From Octopus sinensis (taxonomy: Eukaryota), in NCBI RefSeq assembly GCF_006345805.1, contig NC_042999.1:4464001-4528000 (forward strand): a stretch of DNA of 64,000 nucleotides, given 5' to 3'. Made by a program: the position numbers and the translations under genes. The notes under the pieces are model-generated. The model saw nothing but the letters and a program-made list of their open reading frames with translations, was not told where the DNA came from and did not search any database. Of this stretch, positions 25,397-36,478 are shown piece after piece (position 1 is the first letter of the stretch; each line of letters opens with the position of its first letter).

Positions 25397-27573
25397 GTAA
25401 GGGGTTCCCTCAATTGGCCAATGCCCATATATGTTTTTGCCTATTATTATCTCATTGTTAGATTTAGCCATCATTATCAGAACTTGTGATAATGAATGTT
25501 CATATTTATTGTTAAAATTATGCCCCACCCCTCCCAATCACATCTCTTTTCCTTTGTCGTTGCTGTTATTGTTGTTGAGGCCTGGCTTATCACTAGCTGA
25601 GCAGATATATGTTCAAAAGCATTTCTCTTGTGACTATTTTACATATTTGGAAATCTCTCTATGTACAGAGGGTCAGAACCCTTTCTTTTCTAAGATGGTA
25701 GTGTGTGAATTGAGGGAGATCTGGCTGCTATTTCTTACAGGCTGAGTATAGAGGGTCCCCTTTTGACTCATTCCTTCCTTTAGTTCATATCATTGGCAAT
25801 CCATTATATTGTCAAGTTCCATTATATTTTTATGGTTTTTGATGATGATGATTTGATGAGATTTATTTGGCAAACTTTGATGCCAAACTAATCACTAAAT
25901 CATTATTACATGGGGAAGAAATATGTTGGCTGTTGTTACTGTTACTGTAATTTGGGCATTTGGTATTAGACTAATTGAAAAATAACCTACAAGAGTCCAC
26001 AGAAGAAGAAAAGAACTCATAACTAATTTTACTTGGATAAGGGTTATATTATAACAATCAGCAGAAACAAAACTGTCTGTGAGACAGAAAAAAGACAAGT
26101 GAGAATACACACATAGAAGAGAGACTGACTTTCAGGGGCATGACAGGTTGAACACTATGTTCATGTGCTAAAAGAAGCATTGGTCATCTTATCTTTAACA
26201 TTGAAAGTCTGTCAGGAAGTTACATACTCTTAACTTGAAGCAAAACACATTGTCTCTTGCTATTGTGTTTAAGTATCTTTTCATGTTCAAGCTGACGGTG
26301 CTGGTAATTTCATCTTTACAGCATATCCATTGTACACTTTATGATAATGTTAACCCTTTGCAATTTTAATAAGGTGGTGGGAATCTTTATAAGAGATGCA
26401 ATAACTAAGCTCTTATAACCAGAAGCAGTCTATGAGCGTCAAAGTTGAAAAGTTTTTTTTTCAATGGTAATAAAATTAATTATAGTAAATGTCCTTAATA
26501 ATCTAATTTAATTCTGCTACTACTGGCATTAGTTGACTCTCTAGATTTCATCTTTTCCACTTGACAAAAGCCTGGTTAAAGATTCCAGACATCTGAATGA
26601 TATGTCTATAATGTTTAAAATACAGTTATTTAATTATTTAAAGTACTGTTATTTAATTTATATGTCAATAATATTTAAAGTACAGTTATTTATTTGAATG
26701 AGGAAATCACAATTACATTTAAAAATCATCGAATTCATTATTTTCATAAAGATATTCAACTTGTGTGCAGTATCATTTGACCAATATCAATATTACTAAT
26801 GCAGTTAAGGTGGTGAGCTGGCAGACTCGTTAACATACTTGGCAAATGCTTCATGGCATTTCATCCATCTTTATGGGTTCGTATTCCACTGAGGTCAGCT
26901 TTACCTTGAACACTGGGGTCGATCAAATCAACTCATCCCTTTCCCCACTCCATGGCACCTTGGGCAAGTGTCTTCTCCTATAGCCTCGGGCCAACCAAAG
27001 CTTTGTGAGTGAATTTGGTAGACAGAAACTAAAAGAAGCCTGTCATGTGTGTGTGTGTGCATGTCTTTGTGTCTGTATTTGTCTCCCCCACCGCTGCGTG
27101 ACATCTGGTGTTGGTTTGTTTACATCCCTGTAACTTAGCAGTTCAGTAAAATATATTAATAGAATAAGTACCAGGCTTTAAAAAAAAGGAGATGTGAGTT
27201 TGATTCATTCAACAAAACATTCTTTAAACATTGTTGCAGTCTATTGACTGAAACAAGTCAAAGATAAAAGATGCTAAATATCTTTGTACGTGCATGATGC
27301 ATTTGATTTAATGCCATGCTGTGGGACTCACTTTCATGCCAGCTTGGCTGAGCTTTACACACACTAGAAGGTTTTTTGCATGCATTACAATAATGCTGTT
27401 GTTGTTGTTGTTATTGTCCAGCCTCTTGTTTTTTTAGTTTAGGCAAAGTGTATCTGAGACTTTATCCAATATGTCCTAAATGATTATAAAACACAAGTTA
27501 TTGTTTGTTTTGTTTTTGCTGTCTTGTTTTTCTTCACAGTACAGTTGTAAACACATTAACTCTTTGGTACCAA

Positions 27574-27804
27574 GGCGGTGAGCTGGCAGAATCGTTAGCA
27601 CGCTGGGCGAAATGCTTAGCAGTATTTCGTCTGCCGTTACGTTCTGAGTTCAAATTCTGCCGAGGTCGACTTTGCCTTTCATCCTTTCGGGGTCGATTAA
27701 ATAAGTACCAGTTATGCACTGGGGTTGATATAATCAACTTAATCCATTTGTCTGTCCTTGTTTGTCCTCTCTGTGTTTAGCCCCTTGTGGGTAGTAAAGA
27801 AATG
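27574..27804 (+). mobile_element. SINE family F (GCCTTTCATCCTTTCGGGGTCGA central domain, Meta/MESC-like) nested in a piggyBac-like MITE
   Basis: 8-bp TSD GGTACCAA at 27566-27573 and 27805-27812; the host element starts TTAA|CTCTTT near 27556. Confidence 0.85.
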
Positions 27805-28152
27805 GGTACCAACCTACCTGAGACTATCCCTGGTTCTATAATACAAACTTTGTGTTTTAAATGACCTAAATTAAAACTTTCCATCAAAATTTCATGTTTA
27901 TTTATGTTCCAAACAACAGTTTAATAATGTTAATTATTTTACTTAATTTTTCAATATTTTGAAAACTATCTGAAACAAAGGCAATTTGTTTCAGCAGAAA
28001 TATGATAACAAAAGAGTTCCATCATTTAATCCCTTTTACTTTTACTTTTTTTCTTTAAAGAAATATTTATTCACTTTGCTGTTCTTTTTAAGAAATACTT
28101 AAGAAGTTATTGAAGCTATTTGATCCGAAGAATCTATTATGTATTCCTACAG

Positions 28153-28363
28153 GAGAAGAGGATTACCCAAATCCTGCAGATTATCCAGATTATTCTGTGG
28201 AACCACCAATGATTGATGATATAGAGAGAAAACCATGTGAAAAAAGTGTTTCCCTGTTCTTAGCTGACTTCAATGCCGTGCCTTCTGATGGGATTGCTGG
28301 ATCCTATAGTTATTCAAACTCATGCAAAATTCAGCGAGAGATGGATCCAACAGCACAACAAAC
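28153..28363 (+). CDS. CACNA2D3: alpha2/delta exon E, start of the delta part (GEEDYPNPADYPDYSVEPPMIDDIERKPCEKSVSLFLADF...SCKIQREMDPTAQQ)
   Basis: Acceptor ttcctacag| and donor |gtaagt; 211 nt, phase 1 to 2. Lies in ORF 28110-28367; PCEK matches the conserved PCD motif of delta. Confidence 0.92.
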
Positions 28364-28837
28364 GTAAGTCACTTATTTCTATTTTCTTATTTTTATTACC
28401 CCATTTTTAGGGGGGTGGTTGGGGTTGTTCAATCCACGTACTTTATAGATTACAACTTCACTTTATAAACCATAGAAAAATAATGTGGAAACACAAAACA
28501 AACAAGATATTAACTGCACCTAACTACTCCCACTTGTAACTAGCTTTTCATATGCCTACTTCTATCTTTATTCTTTATCTTACAGGTTGCACACACACAC
28601 ACACACACACACATCAGCTTGCTTGTGTGTTTATATATGTGTATGTTGTGTATGGATGTCTATGCCTTCCAATATTTTACTAGATTCCTCAGTCAGAGAA
28701 AAAGTAACCATATCATCATTTTGGCAGACATCTCAGGCACTTTTCAAAGAATTTTTCTATATTCTCCATGTTTCACAGACAACGTAAAATTATTGCATTT
28801 AATTAAAGAGTAAACTTTGTACAAATTCTCAGTGACT

Positions 28838-28876
<39 letters not shown>

Positions 28877-28897
28877 TATGTGTGTGTGTGTGTGTTT

Positions 28898-28952
<55 letters not shown>

Positions 28953-30747
28953 TTTGAGTGTGTGTGTGTGTGTTAGGTAATATATATTTGAAGTGATACT
29001 GTTAAAAGTAAGTAACTATTTAGTTAGAGTGTGGAAGATGTACAACAAATACAGACAGTTGTCAAGGAATGTCAGTTATTTGGAGGAGATTCTTTTTTTC
29101 TTCTGGGATTTTCAATAAAAACTATTCCATTATTTTAAGTTTCTTACCATGCTGACACCAATAAGAGCAGTAAGTAAACAGAAAGTAATAACATTACAAC
29201 CAAAAAATATCCACAAAGCACAAATAGCATTTAAGTGATAACATAACAGAATATGGAACCCAACCCATTGAGGAGAGTAGGAAACTTTGAATAAGAAAAA
29301 ACATTCAGATATTCAATATGGGAATGAACTTACAACCTGCCGGTTTCTGCATGTCAGAACAGTGTTTCAAATAAAGCAACCATATTGTATCGTCAGCATC
29401 GTCAGCATCATCATTTTAACATCTTCACTTATACACGTTTGCATGGCTCAGGTAGAATTCATTAAAGCAGATTTTCAATGGTCACCTGTCTCTTCCTGTT
29501 GCCAAACCTTCACCTGTTTCCAATCAAGGAAATATTTTTCCTGTGGCCAGACGTGTTTCCTTGGAAGATGGAAAGTAAACAACACAGATGTTCATTTACA
29601 ACTGTTATGCAATGTCAAGACAAAGAGACACAAATACACACACACACACATGCACCACATATACATATTTAACAGGCGTCCACACAGTTTCCATTTGCAA
29701 GGTCTATTCACAAGGCTTTGGCTGGCCCAGGAAACTATAATAGAAGATATTTGAACTGAAAATCACAAGGCTGGAAAGTGAAATTTTTAGCCACAAAGCC
29801 ATGCCTGCACACACCAACCACTCCTGCCCCTTGCAATCAAAATAATTTGACCTTGTGAGATGTCACAGGTTTTATAAAGTCTTAATCAAACTGAAAGCAA
29901 AGCAGAGATGCCATAACATAATTGGTAAATCTACCTAACAACTCAGTTTCAAATGATGTTATGCTTTTCTTGTTTATATTTTCTTATCTTTTTATCAATA
30001 TATTTAATGTATACAAATATATTTTGGGATTTATCATTTCTAATTTATTTAATAAGATTATTAATGTCTGGAACCCAGACTACTGAAGACAGCCACAAAC
30101 GAAATAGGCATGGCAGCTGAAATTACAGTAAAACCTCGCCGTATTGTGGTTCACCTATCGTGCACTCAGTACATCATAGGTCACCTATCACACGCTCAGT
30201 ACATTGCAGTTCACTCAATACATTGAGAAGATTTCTGGCAAATATATGTAAATTTATATTGTGGACTCCTCAGTATATCTCAGGTTTCTGCAGCTGATAG
30301 GTATTTATAATTTTTTAGATTTTAATTATTTCTGTGGGACGTTTTGGAATGTAACACTTACGATAGTCGAGAAATTACTGTAGCTCAAGATGGCTATGGT
30401 TGATAAGAGACCACAAGTGGAACCCTTCCATTGGTGAAAACTAGATCAGTCCTCACTGCCCCACTCAGGTGAAGTGTACAGACTAAGGGGCGAAATGCTT
30501 GTGACCCTGAGACACCTGCTAACGATATGGAAGGGTTTCCAGCCTTGCAATGGATTTAGAAGAGCTTGGGAAACCTCTGAGTAACTCCTGCAGTTTCTTC
30601 TTAGGGCAAAGCATTTCTGGTATTTATTTTACTTGGATATTTTCTCCATAGAGATATTCTTCTTAGTTTTATTATTTCTCGTTATAAAATTCTTAATGAT
30701 GTCCACAAAACTATTTGTAATTATATTTTTATATTCTTTCATTCCAG

Positions 30748-30773
30748 ACCTGAATATTGTTATATAAACAAAG
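30748..30773 (+). CDS. CACNA2D3: alpha2/delta 26-nt microexon F (TPEYCYINK)
   Basis: Acceptor ttctttcattccag| and donor AAG|gtaaga are both strong. Phase 2 to 1 is exactly what is needed to join exons E and G in frame. Confidence 0.82.
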
Positions 30774-31221
30774 GTAAGATTATTTTTCTCGTTTCTTTTT
30801 CCTCTTTTCCTAATTACAAGTTAGTCTTCTTTGATTGTTTCACTTGTTTCTGTTATCTACCAAATCCACTCACAAGACTTTTGCTGACTCAAGGCTATAG
30901 TAGAACACACTTGTCCAAGATGTCATACAGTGGGACTGAACCTAGAACCATGTAACCGAGAAGCAAATTTCTTACCATACAGCAACACCTGCACCTTATA
31001 GTAGAAATCATCATAGAAATATTTTTGCAAGATGCTTTTTATAGAACATAAGTTCAACAAGCCAATAAAATTCAAAAAGAAGCTGCCCCTAATTTCATCA
31101 TTCTTTCATATAAGCTTCCAGAATAAAATAAAAATAGAAACCTATGCAATCGGTATTGTTTGATTAATACGAGCAGGGATTTTGCGTTTTATTTTTGCTT
31201 CTTTTCTCTTTCTTTCTGCAG

Positions 31222-31356
31222 ATTTCCGAATTACATATGCAACACAACAGATACCAAACACTAATTTGCTATTGCTAGTGGTAAAACAAATGAACTGTAT
31301 TTGTGAAGTCAACAAACCAAATGAATTGCTAAAACTGCAGCTGAGTAAATTAACTT
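31222..31356 (+). CDS. CACNA2D3: alpha2/delta exon G (DFRITYATQQIPNTNLLLLVVKQMNCICEVNKPNELLKLQLSKLT)
   Basis: Acceptor tctttctgcag|; ends at the U12 donor |GTATCCTTT; 135 nt, phase 1 to 1. QQIPNTNLLLLVV...CIC resembles QQIPSSNLFMVVV...CLC. Confidence 0.93.
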
Positions 31357-32523
31357 GTATCCTTTTATAAGGGAAAAAATGTGATGTGCAGAGGATTAAG
31401 CAAACCCACCTTCATTTTATTGAATGTTGACAATTTTACTTCTTCCACACAAATGTCTGGCTTAGCTCTGATACTTTTAAATTTTCTAAATTCTTCAAAA
31501 CTAAAAAAATGTCTTTCTTGTCCTCTTTGTTGTTATAGATTTGGATGAAATTTGTTTGTATATTTTTTTATTTCGTTTTTGGATTTGGTTTGCAAGATTC
31601 TTTATATGAGTGTCGTGTGTTGAAGGATATTCTGTTGTGTCTGGGGAGAGTCATTTTCTTTTTGTGCCTGATAATGTAACACATTCACCGGTAAAATTTC
31701 CACTTTTTTCTTATTTTTATTTTTCCTAAAATTTTCGTTGCGTCTTGCAATCTTTTCAATAGTCTTGACTCTGTCCCTTATTTGCACTGCGTTCCCTTTT
31801 GTTTGTTTGTGCGCATGTGTGTTTTTATTCTCATGTATATTTTTATTCTGTGGATATTGCTTCATTCATAATTTTACAAAGAATTTCTTTTTCTTCTTAA
31901 GGGAGAGCATCCAGGCAGTAAAAAACAATGCCTCAATATAAGTTCACCTCACCCATACTAGTATAGAAAACTGAATGTAAAATGAATTAACAAATTTGTA
32001 AACTGCCTTTTTCACAAGGTTAAATTTGGCAGTCTTCAAATTATCCTTCTTCCAGACTTTTTAAAAACATTGAAGTTTGGTAAACCTATTTCTGTGTTGC
32101 TTGCTGTGTTTTATGAGTTGGTAAACATTTCAACGTCAAACATGTGATGTACTCAAGTGCAAACTTTGACGGTACCTGTAAAAAAACAGCAGAAGAAACT
32201 AATCATATATCTATGTGTGTGTGTGTGCATGTGTGTGTGTTTGCATGTATACATGTATGTACGTATGTGTGTATGTGTATACATGTGTGTGTGTGCCCTT
32301 GTCTTAACATCATTTGATGGGTGTGAACAAGCATCACTTGTACAAATGCTATTGTTCATTTCAAATCTTCTGTGAAAAATATGGGGAAAATATTACTTTG
32401 ACTGGAAACAAGTAAGGGTTGGCAACAGAAAGAGCATCCAGCTGTAAAAAATCTGCCTCAGCAAATTCCATCTGACCTATGCGAATATGGAAAGGAGAAC
32501 ATTAAAAGATGATAATGATGATG

Positions 32524-32769
32524 ACACGTAAAAAGCACCAACTGATCGTGGCCGTTGCCAGCCTCCCCTGGCACCTGTGCCAATGGCACGTAAAAAGCAC
32601 CCACTACACTCACGGAGTGGTTGGCATTAGGAAGGGCATCCAGCTGTAGAAACACTGCCAGATCAGACTGGAGCCTGGTGCAGCCTCCATGGCTTCCTGA
32701 CCCCGGTTGAACCGTCCAACCCAAGCTAGCATGGAAAACGGACGTTAAGGAATGATGATGATGATGATG
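32524..32769 (+). mobile_element. Retroposon family D
   Basis: GGAAGGGCATCCAGCTGTAGAAA ... GGACGTTAA-(ATG)n. A further plus-strand fragment lies at 33463-33604. Confidence 0.85.
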
Positions 32770-33604
32770 TTTGTATGTATGTATGTATGTATGTATGTAT
32801 GTTTGTATGTATTTATGTATGTAGCGCATGTCTGTGTGTCTATGTGTATATGTGTGTAGCAACAACAAAACTAAACTGTATATGGACAGCTACAAAATCA
32901 TTGAAGAAGTTACAACTTACTTTTAGCATGTGCTTTTGTTGCAGATATTGATTTTCTCAAAATGCATGTAATGTATATATTTCTGTATCCATGTCTGCAT
33001 GCTTGCATGTATACATTTGATGTCTGTCTGTCTGTATGTATGTGCATATGCATTTATGTATTTTAACATATACAATTTTAACTGCCACAAACAGAAATCA
33101 AATAATAGAATGAAAGAGAGTTCTTTAGAAATAAATATGGCACCACTGGAAGCACTTATTAATGCAGACTATTCAATGACAACCAAAGCATGGAAATTAA
33201 GTTGTTTCAAAATATCAAGGAATATGCTTTATATTCTTCTACTTCTCTGTTCTTCTTTTTCTTCCATACCTTTTTGCCTAAATTACAACATACATATATA
33301 TATATATAAATATTTGCTCACATACATATATACACATACTTATAAATATATACATACACACACACACACATATTAATACAGATATTGTGGTGTGTATATA
33401 AAAACATTGTGAAATTGAGTTACATATTTTTATAAAGTAGTATATGTATGTGTATATATATATAGGAAGGGCATCCAGCCGTAGAAACACTGCCAGATCT
33501 GACTGGGCCTGATGAAGCCTTCCGGCTTCACAGACCCCAGTTGAACCGTCCAACCCATGCTAGCATGGAAAACGGACGCTAAACGATGATGATGATGATG
33601 ATGA

Positions 33605-33884
33605 TAAAAAATTACCATTAATAAGATGTCTGTTGACAGCCAAAAAACATTTTTTTTGTCAAAAAAAATTTCATGATGGATAGTGCAAAAAATGCTGAAA
33701 TTTTACAATTTTTGAAAAATCAATACTGATTAAAACTCGATTTTTTTAAAATTCCAAGTGCATAAGTGACCACATGGGCATAAGCCCCACAGATGTCAAG
33801 TTTCATCAAGGTCTGTCGGATAGTGTCGGAGGAGTTAAAGTAACAAATTCACAAACACACAAACTTGCCATTTATTATTATAGA
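33605..33884 (-). mobile_element. Probable Helitron 5' fragment
   Basis: Minus strand starts A|TCTATAATAATAAATGGC; the 3' CTRR end was not found. Confidence 0.45.
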
Positions 33885-34340
33885 TATATAAGTCATTTAA
33901 CGGTGTATGTTGAAGCAAATGCAGCTATAAATAATAGCCTATAATGGTATTGGGTTAAAAACCATTTGGACAAGGGAAAAAAAAGCAGAATGCTACCAGA
34001 AAACTTGAACCACAGCTCTTCTGTAACCCAGACGGATATTTGCACCAGTTACACTAGAGACTCCTTCCATCTTCTATTTATCAAATTAGAAGCTTTGATC
34101 TGACAAGCAAAAAATTAAGTTTGCTTACATTTAGAATTTTGATGCTTCGATATTTATATTCTAAATGTAAACAACTGAGCTTTCTGCTTGCTTAAAACAG
34201 CTAATTTGTTAGTAAAAAGATGGAAAGTTTCCTGTGGTGCTTTTAGTAGCATGTTTGTCTGAATTACAGAAAATATATGCTTCAAGAACACAAGTGGCTT
34301 TTTGCTGGCTTCCCACCCAAGGGTTTTTAACCTAATATAT

Positions 34341-34686
34341 TCTTTTATTTGCTTCAGTCATTTGACTGCAGCCATGCTGGAGCACCACCTTTAGTCAAAC
34401 AAATCGACCCCAGGACTTATTCTTTGTAAGCCTAGTGCTTATTCTATTGAATGCTTTTGCTGAACCACTAAGTTACGAGCACGTAAACACACCAACATTG
34501 GTTGTCAAGCGATGGTGGGAGGACAAACACAGACACACAAATATATATATATATATATATATATATCACTGTGATCACCATGACCAACCAGGTTATCGGA
34601 TGTTGTTACACAGCGCTGGTCACAATGCACTTCACATTGTTTTAGCCTTCAAATGACACCACCCCGCTGGCTAAGCAAGCAGGCCA

Positions 34687-34756
<70 letters not shown>

Positions 34757-34916
34757 CAGGCTTCTTTCAGTTTCCGTCTACCAAATCCACTCACAAGGCT
34801 TTGGTCAGTCCAAAGCAATAGTAGAAGGCACTTGCCCAAGGTGCCATGCAGTGGGACTGAACCCAGAACCATGTGGTTGATAAGCAAGCTACTTACTACA
34901 CACCCACTCTTGCACC
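34341..34916 (-). mobile_element. SINE family A with another SINE tail (34566-34686) nested in its (TA)n
   Basis: Reverse complement of family A; the insert matches the 24500-24622 tail. Confidence 0.88.
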
Positions 34917-35578
34917 TATATATATATTTATATATTTAAACACACACAGAATTCATACATTTTTCTCTCTTTATCAAATTGTGGCTTAAACCTTCCCTCT
35001 TTGTTGAAAAAAAAAACGTTCTCACACTCCTATATGATTTTGTTATACACTTGCACACACATCGGTAAAACCTCAACATTGCTTTTGCCATCCCAGTTTC
35101 TTCACCAATATTGTTTTCCCTCATTCGAACCAGTTCTATCCTTCTCTCATACATGTGAAACCACCCACCTAATAATCACATACATACAAACAGCTCATAC
35201 CCCCACTAACCTCCACCCCTGTTATTCCACACCAGCACATCTCTATACATATTCACCACACTAACACACACACACACACACACAAAATCACTCCCCTTTC
35301 ACGCATGCTTCCAGAAACCAATATATACATGTATATTTGCATCTACGTACTCACTCCTTCCTTTCTTCACTCCCCTCATAGAACAGTAGTCCTATCTGAT
35401 TTTGTTCCTCACTCCCTCAATGCTTCTCTCTTTCTTCTGATGAAGTGCTAATGTTCAAAATGTTAAGACACGTTCTCTTTCTATGAAAGCATTAAATTAA
35501 TATCTTATCTATTTAACTTTGTTGCTCATGTTGTACTATTTACTGTTCATTGTATGTATGGTGATGTATGTATGTATG

Positions 35579-35612
<34 letters not shown>

Positions 35613-35960
35613 TGTATGTATGTATGTATGTATGTGTGTGTCTGTGTGTGATTGTGTCCATTTGTATGGATGCATGTATAATGGAAAAAAAAATTTGAAA
35701 TGGACCAATTGTTACTCAGACTTTCTGATTGTTGACAATTCCCTCACAATTTTCTCACCATCTTTCTGCCAACACAAGTAACCACCTTCTACTTTGTTCT
35801 CCATTATTATTTTCTCAATTTCCTTCTTCTTCTTCTTCTTATCATTTACATTTCCTAGTTTCTCCTCCTCCCCTTCTAACTCGGTAAACATCAATCCCAG
35901 TCCCTGTAGTAATAAGAGATGTCTCATTATTAAAGTAAGAATCCTTAACAGATCCACCAG

Positions 35961-36046
35961 TAAATGAAACAGATGAGTGTAAGAAATTAAAACAGACAGG
36001 AGCCACCAAAGGAGACTACTCATACCAGTGTTTTAGCAGCTATGAG
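35961..36046 (+). CDS. CACNA2D3: alpha2/delta exon H (LNETDECKKLKQTGATKGDYSYQCFSSYE)
   Basis: Follows the U12 acceptor; 86 nt, phase 1 to 0; donor GAG|gtatct. Resembles YNESLKCERLK...ESCHGFHPE with both cysteines. Confidence 0.88.
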
Positions 36047-36103
36047 GTATCTATCATTATCAATTCAATGAAATTACTTTGCTTGTATGAGTGAGTGTAT
36101 ATA

Positions 36104-36189
<86 letters not shown>

Positions 36190-36282
36190 CTATATATATA
36201 TATATATATATATATACCGGAGTAAACACATAAATGTGAAACAAAGTGGAAAAAAGAGTACTCAAATACCAGTGGTAGAGTA

Positions 36283-36445
36283 ATATGCTTTATTTAAAGC
36301 AGCAGAAAATTCAACAAAACCTGTTACTCTGAGTTTCCCGTTGCCATTCATCGGACAGTTTTTTCTAGCAAAAACTGTCCGATGAACAGCAACGGGAAAC
36401 TCAGAGTAACAGGTTTTGTTGAATTTTCTGCTGCTTTAAATAAAG

Positions 36446-36450
<5 letters not shown>
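36283..36450. repeat. ~80-bp-arm palindrome with a hammerhead-like motif in each arm; Penelope-like pLTR remnant (element starts ~36217)
   Basis: Arms flank the loop CTAGC. Plus-strand motif 36375-36412 reads CTGT-CCGATGA-ACAGCAACGG-GAAA-CTCAGAG-TA-ACAG. Flanked by (TA)n. Confidence 0.85.

Positions 36451-36478
<28 letters not shown>

Larger units (their letters stand above)
31357..35960 (+). other. U12-type (minor spliceosome) GT-AG intron, 4604 nt
   Basis: 5' splice site GTATCCTTT; branch site TCCTTAAC at 35942-35949, ending 11 nt before the exon; no polypyrimidine tract; joins exons G and H in frame. Confidence 0.92.

Noticed and set aside
30421-30537. 11-bp inverted repeat AACCCTTCCAT/ATGGAAGGGTT enclosing CTCAGG/CCTGAG
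   Set aside because: Probably part of an old repeat; no intact ribozyme core or TSD could be assigned.
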